The position numbers and the translations under genes are program-made. From Comamonas sp. lk (GTDB taxonomy: Bacteria > Pseudomonadota > Gammaproteobacteria > Burkholderiales > Burkholderiaceae_C), in contig CAMBFO010000003.1 of assembly GCA_945865675.1 (NCBI GenBank), forward strand, positions 1,909 through 65,908: a stretch of DNA of 64,000 nt. Direction: 5' to 3'. The notes under the pieces were generated by a model, which saw only the letters and a program-made list of their open reading frames with translations, had not been told where the DNA came from and did not search any database. Shown here one piece after another: positions 47,476-57,043 of this stretch (its first letter is position 1; each line of letters begins with the position of its first letter).

Positions 47476-47493
47476 GAACAGTCGGTATTTGTC

Positions 47494-47528
47494 CGTCATC
47501 GCGATGAACGAAGCGACGCGGCGATTCA
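47494..47528. repeat. Degenerate REP-like element
   Basis: CGTCATCGCGATGAACGAAGCGACGCGGCGATTCA resembles CGTCATTGCGAG...GCGACG.GGCAATC-type proteobacterial REPs (recollection). Confidence 0.4.
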
Positions 47529-47560
47529 TAAGCAGTGTTTGATTCACGAGGAAAGTAACT

Positions 47561-50464
47561 ATGACTAGCTATACCGCCACTTCCTGGAGCACCTTAGAAA
47601 ACCCGCAGGAATTTATCGCTCGGCATATTGGCCTGTCGCAAGAGGACGAGGCGCACATGTTGTCTACTATCGGCGAAGCCTCGCGCGAGAGCCTTATTGC
47701 AGGCATCGTCCCGGCCAATATCCGGCGCAGCGCGCCCATGGATTTGCCCCCGGCCATCGGCGAAGCTGCAGCCTTGGCCGAACTACGCGCCATGGCCGCG
47801 CACAACCGGGTGCTCAAAAGCTTTATCGGCCAGGGCTATTACGGCACGCACACACCGGGTGTGATTCTGCGCAACATCCTGGAAAACCCGGCCTGGTACA
47901 CCGCCTACACGCCTTACCAGGCCGAGATCAGCCAGGGCCGCATGGAAGCGCTGGTGAACTTTCAGACCATGGTGTGCGACCTGACGGCTATGCCGATCGC
48001 CAACGCCTCCATGCTGGACGAAGCCACCGCCGCTGCCGAGGCCATGACCCTGGCCAAGCGCAGCGTGAAAAATAAAGGCAACACCTTCCTAGTGGGCGGC
48101 GACTGCCATCCGCAAACCATTGCCGTCATCCAAACGCGCGCCGGGCCTTTGGGTATTACCGTGAAAGTGGTGAATTCGCCAGCGGCTTGGTACGAGGCGC
48201 TGGCGCAAGACGACTACTTCGCCGCCATCAACCAATACCCCGGCAGCACCGGCTGGCTGCAAGACTGGCAGCACGACGCCGACATGGTGCATTCCAAAAG
48301 CGCTGCTTTGGTATTGGCCGCGGATTTGCTGGCGCTGACGCTGCTCAAACCGCCGGGCGAAATGGGCGCCGACATTGTGGTGGGCAGTACACAACGCTTT
48401 GGCATGCCCATGGGCGCCGGTGGCCCGCACGCAGCCTTCCTGGCCTGTCGCGATGAATTCAAACGCTCTATGCCGGGCCGTTTGGTGGGTGTGAGTGTGG
48501 ATGTACACGGCAAACCGGCCTACCGCCTCGCCTTGCAAACCCGCGAGCAACACATACGCCGCGAAAAAGCCACCTCCAATATTTGTACCGCCCAAGTGCT
48601 GCCCGCCGTGGTGGCCAGTATGTATGCGGTCTACCACGGACCACTCGGCCTCACGCGTATCGCGCAGCGCGTTGCGGCCTATACAGCCACGTTGGCCGCA
48701 GGCCTGTCCAGCCTGGGCTGCGCGCCTTTGTACGACAGTGCATTTGACACTTTGACGATTGACACCGCAAGCGCTGCCGCAGCCCAAGCTATCGCCACCA
48801 AAGCCGTCGCAGCCGGGGCCAATGTACGCGTGTTGCGCGGCACTTGTATCGGGGTCTCGCTGGACGAAACCAGCACGCGTGAGGACGTGGTTTTGCTATG
48901 GGGCGTTTTTGCAAAAAACGGGCAGGCCTTGCCGCAATGGGATGTACTGGCACCAGTGCCCGGCTCACTGATTCCGGCAGCGCTGCGCCGTACCAGCAGC
49001 TTTCTGACGCATCCAGTGTTTAACAGCTACCACTCCGAGACCGGCATGCTGCGCTATTTACGTCGCTTAAGCGATAAAGACCTGGCGCTGGACCGCAGCA
49101 TGATTCCGCTGGGCTCGTGCACCATGAAGCTCAATGCCACCAGCGAAATGATTCCCATCACCTGGCCCGAGTTTGCACATGTTCACCCGTTTGCCCCGGC
49201 AGACCAATTGCAGGGCTACGCCATGCTGGACGAACAACTGCGTGCTTGGTTGTGCCAGGCCACTGGCTACGCCGGTATCAGCTTGCAACCCAATGCCGGC
49301 AGCCAGGGAGAATACGCGGGCTTATTGGTCATCCGCGCTTACCAAGCCGCGCAGGGCCAAGGGCACCGCAATATTTGTCTGATTCCGTCGTCCGCGCACG
49401 GCACCAACCCGGCCAGCGCCCAAATGGCGGGGCTGGATGTAGTGGTTACCGCCTGCGACAGCCACGGCAATGTGGACATGGACGACTTGCGCGCGCAGTG
49501 CGAGAAACACAGCGCCAATCTGGCTTGCGTCATGATCACCTACCCCAGCACCCACGGCGTGTTTGAAACCCAGGTCAAAGACTTATGCGCTTTGGTGCAT
49601 AGCCACGGTGGGCGCGTGTATGTTGATGGCGCAAACATGAATGCACTGGTCGGCGTAGCCGCGCCAGGCGAGTTTGGCGGCGATGTCAGCCACCTCAATT
49701 TGCACAAAACCTTTTGCATTCCGCACGGCGGCGGCGGCCCCGGCGTGGGGCCAGTCTGCGTGGTGGAAGATTTGGTGCCTTACTTGCCCGGCCATGTCAG
49801 CACCGGCGCGCTGGGTACGCATATCGGCAGTATTTCGGCAGCGCCTTTGGGCAATGCAGCGGTATTGCCGATCAGCTGGATGTATTGCCGCATGATGGGC
49901 GAGGGCGGTTTGCGCCACGCCACCGAAGCGGCCATTTTGGCGGCCAACTACATCAGCCAGCGCTTGCATGACCATTACCCCACGCTCTACGCCAGTGCCA
50001 ACGGGCGCGTGGCGCATGAATGCATTTTGGATTTACGCCCGCTCAAAGAAAGCTCGGGCATCAGCGCCGAAGACGTAGCCAAGCGCCTGATCGATTATGG
50101 TTTTCATGCGCCCACGCTCAGCTTCCCGGTGGCCGGTACGCTGATGGTCGAGCCCACGGAAAGCGAAACCCGCCAGGAGCTAGACCGCTTTATCGATGCC
50201 ATGATCGCCATCCGCAAAGAAATTGCGCAGGTGGAACAAGGCCGCTGGCCGCGCGACAACAACCCGCTGGTGCGCGCGCCGCACACCGCCGCCAGCGTGG
50301 TGCACAGCGACTGGGATAGGCCCTATACCCGCGAGTTGGGCGCCTTCCCGCTGCCCGCTTTGCTCTTACAAAAATACTGGCCCGCCGTGGGCCGCGTAGA
50401 CAACGTCTATGGCGACCGCCATCTGTTTTGCAGCTGTGTGCCAGTGGCGCAATATGCGGCCTAG
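47561..50464 (+). CDS. gcvP: Glycine dehydrogenase (decarboxylating) P protein
   Basis: [39 protein letters not shown]. Confidence 0.98.
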   Translation: MTSYTATSWSTLENPQEFIARHIGLSQEDEAHMLSTIGEASRESLIAGIVPANIRRSAPMDLPPAIGEAAALAELRAMAAHNRVLKSFIGQGYYGTHTPGVILRNILENPAWYTAYTPYQAEISQGRMEALVNFQTMVCDLTAMPIANASMLDEATAAAEAMTLAKRSVKNKGNTFLVGGDCHPQTIAVIQTRAGPLGITVKVVNSPAAWYEALAQDDYFAAINQYPGSTGWLQDWQHDADMVHSKSAALVLAADLLALTLLKPPGEMGADIVVGSTQRFGMPMGAGGPHAAFLACRDEFKRSMPGRLVGVSVDVHGKPAYRLALQTREQHIRREKATSNICTAQVLPAVVASMYAVYHGPLGLTRIAQRVAAYTATLAAGLSSLGCAPLYDSAFDTLTIDTASAAAAQAIATKAVAAGANVRVLRGTCIGVSLDETSTREDVVLLWGVFAKNGQALPQWDVLAPVPGSLIPAALRRTSSFLTHPVFNSYHSETGMLRYLRRLSDKDLALDRSMIPLGSCTMKLNATSEMIPITWPEFAHVHPFAPADQLQGYAMLDEQLRAWLCQATGYAGISLQPNAGSQGEYAGLLVIRAYQAAQGQGHRNICLIPSSAHGTNPASAQMAGLDVVVTACDSHGNVDMDDLRAQCEKHSANLACVMITYPSTHGVFETQVKDLCALVHSHGGRVYVDGANMNALVGVAAPGEFGGDVSHLNLHKTFCIPHGGGGPGVGPVCVVEDLVPYLPGHVSTGALGTHIGSISAAPLGNAAVLPISWMYCRMMGEGGLRHATEAAILAANYISQRLHDHYPTLYASANGRVAHECILDLRPLKESSGISAEDVAKRLIDYGFHAPTLSFPVAGTLMVEPTESETRQELDRFIDAMIAIRKEIAQVEQGRWPRDNNPLVRAPHTAASVVHSDWDRPYTRELGAFPLPALLLQKYWPAVGRVDNVYGDRHLFCSCVPVAQYAA

Positions 50465-50527
50465 TATCCAAAATTTCGCACCGCGGATTTCAGTGCACTG
50501 TGTTCCGGTGCATGAGCTTCGCTGTGC

Positions 50528-51244
50528 ATGTGCGCGCATGGTGCGCTGGCTAGCAAGCGCCGCTTCGCTTTGGCGCTGACGCCTGCTCAGGCAGCCTGGC
50601 GCAAGGCGCAGCGCGGGCAATTGCTGGCGGCGCGCAGCGCAGCATCCGTGCAGGACCGCACCGCGTGGGGCGCGATCCTCAATACCTTGCTGCGCGAAGC
50701 GCTGGATCTGCCAGCGCCATGGGTGTTGGGTCTATGCTGGCCCTACCGCGCCGAATTTGATGCCCGAGCGCTAGCGGCCCACCTGCGCGCGCGCGGTGTG
50801 CGTAGCGCCTTACCGGTGGTGCGCGGCCCGGGGCTGCCCTTGGAGTTTCGGCACTGGTGGCCTGGCGCGCCCATGGACAAAGGCGTGTACGACATCCCGG
50901 TACCGCGCGCTAGCGAAGTGCTGGTGCCTGATGTGCTGCTGGTGCCGCCTGTGGGTATCGACGCGCAAGGCTATCGCCTGGGCTTTGGCGGCGGCTACTT
51001 TGACCGCACGCTGGCCGCACTCGCGCGCAAGCCAGTATGTATTGCAACGGCATTTGATATCTCGCGAATTCCTAGCCTAGCGCCTCAGGCGCATGATGTG
51101 CGCATGGACTTTGTGGTGTCCGAAACTGGCATCACCCAATGCTTGCCCCAAGGCCTGCGCGCCATCGATGCCGCACAGTGCCGCCTTGCGGTGCAGCAAT
51201 TACTGGCCGAGCGCGCCAATTCTTCGGATTGCACGCTTGAGTAG
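50528..51244 (+). CDS. 5-formyltetrahydrofolate cyclo-ligase
   Basis: LPVV...LEFR, PDVLLVP, YRLGFGGGYFDRTL, HDVRMD; start uncertain. Confidence 0.88.
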   Translation: MCAHGALASKRRFALALTPAQAAWRKAQRGQLLAARSAASVQDRTAWGAILNTLLREALDLPAPWVLGLCWPYRAEFDARALAAHLRARGVRSALPVVRGPGLPLEFRHWWPGAPMDKGVYDIPVPRASEVLVPDVLLVPPVGIDAQGYRLGFGGGYFDRTLAALARKPVCIATAFDISRIPSLAPQAHDVRMDFVVSETGITQCLPQGLRAIDAAQCRLAVQQLLAERANSSDCTLE

Positions 51245-51390
51245 AGCGTGTCGTATAGTGACAATGGTGGGTCGCTAAACCGGCTGCTCCGACCAGAGCA
51301 CAACCGTACATTGCGCCACAGCAGGCCCCAAACAGGGCTTTGCGTGTGCGACGCAGGCGCAGCACTTTTGCATAACGAACGGAGACACCC

Positions 51391-53064
51391 ATGCTTTCAG
51401 ACATCGAAATCGCCCAAAAAGCCACTATGAAGCCCATTAGCCAGATCGCCGCGGGCCTGGGTATTCCGGACGATGCGCTCGACCCCTATGGCCGCTACAA
51501 AGCCAAGGTGTCGCTGGAGTATGTGGACAGCCTGAACGACCGCCCCGACGGTAAACTGATTTTGGTCACCGCCATCAGCCCCACACCGGCGGGCGAGGGC
51601 AAAACCACCACCACCGTGGGCTTGGGCGACGCGCTCAACCGCATCGGTAAGAAAACCATTATTTGCCTGCGCGAGCCCAGCCTGGGCCCGGTGTTCGGTA
51701 TGAAGGGCGGCGCGGCCGGCGGCGGCATGGCGCAAGTGGTGCCCATGGAAGACATCAATCTGCATTTCACCGGCGACTTCAATGCCATCGGCCTGGCCAA
51801 CAATTTGTTGTCCGCACTCATCGACAACCATATTCACCATGGCAACGCTTTGGGAATCGATGTGCGCCGCATCACCTGGAAGCGCGTCATGGACATGAAC
51901 GACCGTGCCTTGCGCGACATTACCGTGTCCTTGGGCGGCCCGGGCAACGGCTATCCCCGCCAGGACGGTTTTGACATTGTGGTGGCCTCGGAAGTCATGG
52001 CGATCTTTTGCCTGGCGACCAGCATGAAGGACTTGAAAGAGCGCCTGGGCAATATCGTGATCGGCTACACCCGCGATCAAAAGCCGGTTTGCGCGCGTGA
52101 CCTCAAAGCCCACGGCGCTATGACGGTGTTGTTGCGCGAAGCGCTCAAGCCTAATCTGGTGCAGACGCTGGAGAACAACCCGGCCTTTATCCACGGTGGC
52201 CCGTTTGCCAATATCGCGCACGGTTGCAACTCGGTGCTGGCGACCAAGATGGCGCTCAAACTGGGCGACTACGTGGTCACCGAAGCCGGTTTTGGCGCTG
52301 ATTTGGGTGCGGAAAAATTTGTCGATATCAAGTGCCGCAAATCCGGGCTGCGCCCTTCTGCGGTGGTGCTGGTGGGCACGATACGGGCGCTCAAGTACCA
52401 CGGTGGTTGCGACCTGAAAGAACTCAACACCGAGAACCTGCCGGCACTAGAGCGCGGCATTGCCAATTTGGACCGCCACGTCAACAACATCCGTAACCAC
52501 TACGGCTTGCCCTGCGTGGTGTCCATGAACCAGTTCACCGCGGATACGCCGGCCGAGTTTGCATTGCTCAAAGACAAGCTGGCCTATTTAGGCGTGCCGG
52601 TGTTGTCGGCCCGCCATTGGGCCGATGGCGGCGCCGGCGCCGAAGAGGTGGCGCGTGCAGTGGTGGCGCTGACCGACAAGCCCAGCAGTGGCTTTAAGTT
52701 TGTTTATGAAGACGACGCGACTTTGTGGGACAAGATGAAAGCCATCGCAACCAAAATCTATGGCGCCAGCGACATCAGCGCCGACGCCAAAGTGCGCGCC
52801 GAAATCAAGCGCCTGCAAGAAGCCGGTTACGGCCATTACCCCGTGTGCGTGGCCAAGACGCAGTATTCCTTCTCCACCGACGCTTCGCGCCGCGGCGCAC
52901 CGGCGGACCACACTGTCAATATCCGCGAAGTGCGCTTGGCCGCAGGTGCCGAGTTCATCGTGATGGTGTGTGGCGATATCATGACCATGCCGGGCCTGCC
53001 CAAGGTACCTTCGGCGGACCACATTGATATCGATGACGCTGGCAAAGTGGTCGGCTTGTTTTAA
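51391..53064 (+). CDS. fhs: Formate-tetrahydrofolate ligase
   Basis: [55 protein letters not shown]. Confidence 0.98.
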   Translation: MLSDIEIAQKATMKPISQIAAGLGIPDDALDPYGRYKAKVSLEYVDSLNDRPDGKLILVTAISPTPAGEGKTTTTVGLGDALNRIGKKTIICLREPSLGPVFGMKGGAAGGGMAQVVPMEDINLHFTGDFNAIGLANNLLSALIDNHIHHGNALGIDVRRITWKRVMDMNDRALRDITVSLGGPGNGYPRQDGFDIVVASEVMAIFCLATSMKDLKERLGNIVIGYTRDQKPVCARDLKAHGAMTVLLREALKPNLVQTLENNPAFIHGGPFANIAHGCNSVLATKMALKLGDYVVTEAGFGADLGAEKFVDIKCRKSGLRPSAVVLVGTIRALKYHGGCDLKELNTENLPALERGIANLDRHVNNIRNHYGLPCVVSMNQFTADTPAEFALLKDKLAYLGVPVLSARHWADGGAGAEEVARAVVALTDKPSSGFKFVYEDDATLWDKMKAIATKIYGASDISADAKVRAEIKRLQEAGYGHYPVCVAKTQYSFSTDASRRGAPADHTVNIREVRLAAGAEFIVMVCGDIMTMPGLPKVPSADHIDIDDAGKVVGLF

Positions 53065-53075
53065 TCCGGCATGCG

Positions 53076-53102
53076 GGCCATCCGGCTGCGGATGGCCTGT
53101 TC
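53076..53102 (+). terminator. Hairpin after fhs (probable terminator)
   Basis: GGCCATCCG-GCTG-CGGATGGCC perfect 9-bp stem; weak U-tract. Confidence 0.6.
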
Positions 53103-53238
53103 AGGGGTTTTAGGTGCTGGTCTCCATGGACCTACCGAGAATACGCCCGAGTCCAATCCTGGGTGCGCATCAGCAAGCAAACCGGGCTCTAAGCACAGTG
53201 AAAGGTTTGAATACGGTTTGAAGCCTGAGCCTTTTACC

Positions 53239-53823
53239 TTAGGGGCTGCCTTGATCCGTCCTGGGCATCAAAAGCGCTGCAAACACCTGCACCGTCTTTT
53301 GATCGCAGCTCACACCATGCGGCAAGTGCACATTCATGGCAAAACCGTCAAAGGCCATTAAAGCGACTGCGGCCATGGCTGCTGCCTCGGCGTCATTGAT
53401 TGCGGCGCAGGACTGCATCCAGCGCGCCACCCGGTTTTGAAATAAGAGGCGCAGGCGCGGGCTGTAGTCTTCTGATCCTGCGCTGGTGGATACCGCTTGC
53501 ATCACATTGTTGGCAAAGCCATTACTGGCCCGCGGCAAGTCGCGCCACAGCGCGAACAAAATACGCTCCATGCGTTTGTGCGGGTCTTTGACCCGCCGGA
53601 TCGAGGATTCAAACTTGTCCAGACAGTCTTGCAGCCAGGGCTCGTACAGCGTAAACAGAATATCGATTTTTGAGCGAAAGTAGCTATAAACATTGGCCGT
53701 CGAAAAGCCGGCGCGCCGCGCAATGGCAGGGATCGTGGTGTCGCTGTAGCCTTGCTCACTGAACAATTCAAAAGCCGCCTGCAAAATGGCATGCCGGACT
53801 TCCTCTTTTTTTACCTGCGCCAT
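53239..53823 (-). CDS. TetR/AcrR family transcriptional regulator
   Basis: ILQAAFELFSEQGYSDTTIPAIARRAGFSTANVYSYFRSK HTH; ATG with AAGGAA RBS. Confidence 0.92.
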   Translation of the reverse strand: MAQVKKEEVRHAILQAAFELFSEQGYSDTTIPAIARRAGFSTANVYSYFRSKIDILFTLYEPWLQDCLDKFESSIRRVKDPHKRMERILFALWRDLPRASNGFANNVMQAVSTSAGSEDYSPRLRLLFQNRVARWMQSCAAINDAEAAAMAAVALMAFDGFAMNVHLPHGVSCDQKTVQVFAALLMPRTDQGSP

Positions 53824-54004
53824 CTGGTGTTCCTTGCTGTGATGCGGCCTTTGGCAAGCGTAAGCGTCAGCCCATGCCCACTGTTTGGCAGCGCAGACAA
53901 GCGTTTTTGGCCCGCTGCCGCGCCTGCGCGATAGTACTGCGCAGCGCAGGAAATAGCTTGCTGCGACGCACCAAAAAAAGTTCAAAAACATATGGTATTC
54001 GCTA

Positions 54005-54033
54005 TTGACACCTGCGGAACATGTTCATAGACT
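54005..54033 (+). promoter_or_regulatory. Sigma-70 promoter with palindromic operator in the spacer
   Basis: TTGACA-17 bp-TAGACT; GAACATGTTC palindrome at 54017-54026. Confidence 0.7.
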
Positions 54034-54099
54034 GGATCGAAGCCACCTGCTCGCGCCGGGATGGAGCTGCAGTTTTTCGTGTCCATCAAAGGAATTCGT

Positions 54100-55176
54100 A
54101 TGCAATCGGCTGTTCGCACCCCCTTGGTAAATCCCGGAAAACTGACGTATTTGTTTCGCAAGCAGTTCGAACTGTGCAAAGTCGGTCCCGGCCAGACGGT
54201 GGCTGTGGTCAGCGACCTGGGCACCCGGCCCGAGTACATCCAGGCCGCTTTTGCTGCCGCCGAGGAAATGGGCTTTGACATTTACGAGATGCGGGTGAAC
54301 ATGATCCCCGGCTGGACCAAGGTGGGTGTGCCCACCATCGGCCAGTGCAAGGGCACCTTAGAGGCGCTGATGGTCGCCGACATGATTCTGATCTTCCATA
54401 TTCCCTTGTTCGCCGCGTGGCTGAAAAAGGTGATGAACAACGGGGTGCGCGTGCAGATGGTGATTGATTCACCGGACGACTTGCTGAATTTGCAATCCCC
54501 GCCCGGGCTTAAAGATGCCATCATGTATGCCCACGAGGTGTATGAAAAAACCCAGCAGGTGCACGTGACCAGCAAAGCGGGTACCGACTTGCGCTATCGC
54601 CGCGGCGAGTACCCGGTGATGAGCCAGTACGGCTTCGCTGACGAACCGGGCCACTTTGACCATTGGGGCGTGGGCCTGATCCATACCTTCCCCAACGAAG
54701 GCAGCGCCAACGGGCGCGTTGTCATCATGCCGGGGGACATCATCATCCTGCCTTACTGCCGCTATGTGCAAGACCCGATTCACCTGGAAATAGAAAACGG
54801 CCATGTCACCAAAATTGAGGGCGGGCTCGACGCCATGCTGATGCGCGACTGGCTGGACGAGGGCAAAACCGGACCCGAGGACATGGACCCGTTTGCGGTC
54901 TCGCATCTGGGTTGGGGCATGAACCCGCAGTGCCGCTGGGACAATATCGCGCTCAATGGCGATATCCCAGAGCACAACCGCGCTGGCGCGCGCAGCTTCC
55001 CCGGTAATTTTTTGTTCTCTACCGGCCCCAACAGCCAGGGCGGCGGCAAACGCACCACGCGCGGCCATTACGACGTGCCGATGCGCCATTGCACGATTTC
55101 GCTCGACGGGAAAGTGGTGGTGGACGAGGGCCGCTTGGTGGACCCCAAGATGATCGTCCCGCGTGTGCAGCGCTGA
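54100..55176 (+). CDS. NicX-like 2,5-dihydroxypyridine 5,6-dioxygenase family (M29-like fold)
   Basis: YGFADEPGHFDHW, FPNEGSANG, SHLGWGMNP, GNFLFSTGPN, HYDVPMR (His/His/Asp metal ligands). Confidence 0.82.
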   Translation: MQSAVRTPLVNPGKLTYLFRKQFELCKVGPGQTVAVVSDLGTRPEYIQAAFAAAEEMGFDIYEMRVNMIPGWTKVGVPTIGQCKGTLEALMVADMILIFHIPLFAAWLKKVMNNGVRVQMVIDSPDDLLNLQSPPGLKDAIMYAHEVYEKTQQVHVTSKAGTDLRYRRGEYPVMSQYGFADEPGHFDHWGVGLIHTFPNEGSANGRVVIMPGDIIILPYCRYVQDPIHLEIENGHVTKIEGGLDAMLMRDWLDEGKTGPEDMDPFAVSHLGWGMNPQCRWDNIALNGDIPEHNRAGARSFPGNFLFSTGPNSQGGGKRTTRGHYDVPMRHCTISLDGKVVVDEGRLVDPKMIVPRVQR

Positions 55177-55209
55177 GTTCGGCCCTGTAGTTCAAGCACT
55201 GAGTTCCAC

Positions 55210-55695
55210 ATGTTGATCGAAGGCCAATTTGACATCGACGCACCGCCGCAGGTGGTGTTGCAGCACTTGTTTGACGTGCGCCTGATGGCCTCGTGCCTGC
55301 CTGGCTGCGAAAGCTTGCAGCCGGTGGACGACAAGCGCTACCGCACGGTGATTCAAATCGGGCTGGCCGGTATCAAAGCCCGGTTTGAATTGGAAGTGGA
55401 AATTACCCGGCAGGAAGCCAATAGCATTTGGGCTGTTACGCGCGGCGAAGAGGGCGGGCGCGCCAGCATGCTGCAGGCCGAAAGCCAAATCACCTTGCAT
55501 CCCCAAGGCAGCGGTACCCGCGTGCAGTACCAGTCTGAAGTCAATGTCACCGGCAGGCTGGGGCGCTTTGCGCTAGGCATGATGCGCAAGCAAGCGCAAA
55601 ACCTGGGCGAGCAGTTTGCCCGCAATTTGCAAAAGGCTTTGCAGTCCTTGATGGACACTCAAGGCCTGGTGCAAGACGCACCCGCTACTTCCTAG
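55210..55695 (+). CDS. CoxG/SRPBCC family protein
   Basis: CLPGCESL, V.VTGRLGRF; context of a Mo hydroxylase. Confidence 0.85.
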   Translation: MLIEGQFDIDAPPQVVLQHLFDVRLMASCLPGCESLQPVDDKRYRTVIQIGLAGIKARFELEVEITRQEANSIWAVTRGEEGGRASMLQAESQITLHPQGSGTRVQYQSEVNVTGRLGRFALGMMRKQAQNLGEQFARNLQKALQSLMDTQGLVQDAPATS

Positions 55696-55703
55696 GAACG
55701 CGT

Positions 55704-56552
55704 ATGTTGCAAGGTTTTTTTCTCCCTGAAACCGTGGACCAAGCTACGGCATTGATGGCCCAGGACCCCGAGGCCAAACTCATGGCCGGTGGTGCAACCT
55801 TGGTCGCTATGCTCAACGCCCGCGTGATCGAACCAGCGGCGCTGATCAGTTTGTCGGCGATCCCCGAAATCCAGGGCATTTCGGTATTGCCCGATGGCCG
55901 TATCCGCATCGGCGCTTTTACCCGCCACCGCGAAACGGCGCAATGCGCGTTGCACTTGGGCGCCGCTGTGGTGTTGCGTCATGCTGCATCCCAAATTGCC
56001 AATGCCACGGTGCGCAATATGGGCACCATTGGCGGCTCTATCTCGTTTGCCGACCCTGGCTTGGACTATCCGCCTGCCTTGGTCGCCGCCCAGGCCGAGG
56101 TGGAGATTGCTGGCAGTGGTTCGCGGCGCATGGTCGCTGCCCAAGATTTCTTTCAGGACTGGTATCTCACCGCGCTGGAGCCTGGCGAAATGGTCACCGC
56201 CGTCGTCCTGCCCAAGCCGCAAGCGGGCGCCCATGGTATCTATATCAAGCATGCGCGAGTCGCAGGTGACTACGCCACCGCTTCGGTCGCGGCCTGCGTG
56301 TCGGCCCTGGGCCGCATCCGGGTGGTGGTAGGTGCGTGCGGACCGGTGCCTATCCGGGATGACGATGCCGATACGCTGCTCAGCGAGGATCGCAGCGAAA
56401 GCGCGCTGGCGCGTGCGGGCGCGCTATTGCAGGCGCGCGCCGATCCTTTGGATGATGTGCGCGGCAGCGCCAACTACCGGCGTGCCCTGATACCCCGCTT
56501 AGTGCTGCGCGCCATGCGTCAACTCGCAGTACCCACGGGAGCTTTGCAATGA
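55704..56552 (+). CDS. Molybdenum hydroxylase FAD-binding medium subunit (CoxM-like)
   Basis: AGGATL, VRNMGTIGGS, DDVRGSANYR. Confidence 0.92.
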   Translation: MLQGFFLPETVDQATALMAQDPEAKLMAGGATLVAMLNARVIEPAALISLSAIPEIQGISVLPDGRIRIGAFTRHRETAQCALHLGAAVVLRHAASQIANATVRNMGTIGGSISFADPGLDYPPALVAAQAEVEIAGSGSRRMVAAQDFFQDWYLTALEPGEMVTAVVLPKPQAGAHGIYIKHARVAGDYATASVAACVSALGRIRVVVGACGPVPIRDDDADTLLSEDRSESALARAGALLQARADPLDDVRGSANYRRALIPRLVLRAMRQLAVPTGALQ

Positions 56553-57043
56553 GCGCGCCGCGTCAAACCTTGCAACTGCAAGTCAATGGTGCCGAGGCTG
56601 AGGTGCGCGTCGGCCTGCACGACAGCTTGCTCACCGTGCTGCGTGACCAATTGCAGTTGACCGCTGCCAAGCGCGGTTGCAACCAGGGCGTCTGCGGCGC
56701 CTGCACCGTGGTTCGCGACGGCTATCCGGTGCGCGCGTGTTTGAGTTTGGCGCACGGCTGCACCCATGCCGATATTGAAACCTTAGAAGGGCTCAACCAG
56801 CAAGCGGCCATGCAGGTATTGCAAAAAGCATTCGCCGCAGAGTCTGCGTTTCAATGCGGGTTTTGCACGCCCGGGATGTTGGTCAGCGCACACGCTTTGC
56901 TCAAGCACACCCCCCAGCCGGATGCGGACCAGGTGCGTGCGGCCATGTCGGGCAATCTGTGCCGCTGCACCGGATACGCCCCTATCGTGGCGGCCGTGCT
57001 GCTAGCGGCTGCACAGTTGCGCGCACGGGAGCTTGCACCATGA
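56549..57043 (+). CDS. Molybdenum hydroxylase 2Fe-2S small subunit (CoxS-like)
   Basis: GCNQGVCGACTV, QCGFCTPG, NLCRCTGY. Confidence 0.95.
   Translation: MSAPRQTLQLQVNGAEAEVRVGLHDSLLTVLRDQLQLTAAKRGCNQGVCGACTVVRDGYPVRACLSLAHGCTHADIETLEGLNQQAAMQVLQKAFAAESAFQCGFCTPGMLVSAHALLKHTPQPDADQVRAAMSGNLCRCTGYAPIVAAVLLAAAQLRARELAP

Noticed and set aside
51245-51390. ZTP or THF riboswitch upstream of fhs
   Set aside because: Consensus elements not found by eye
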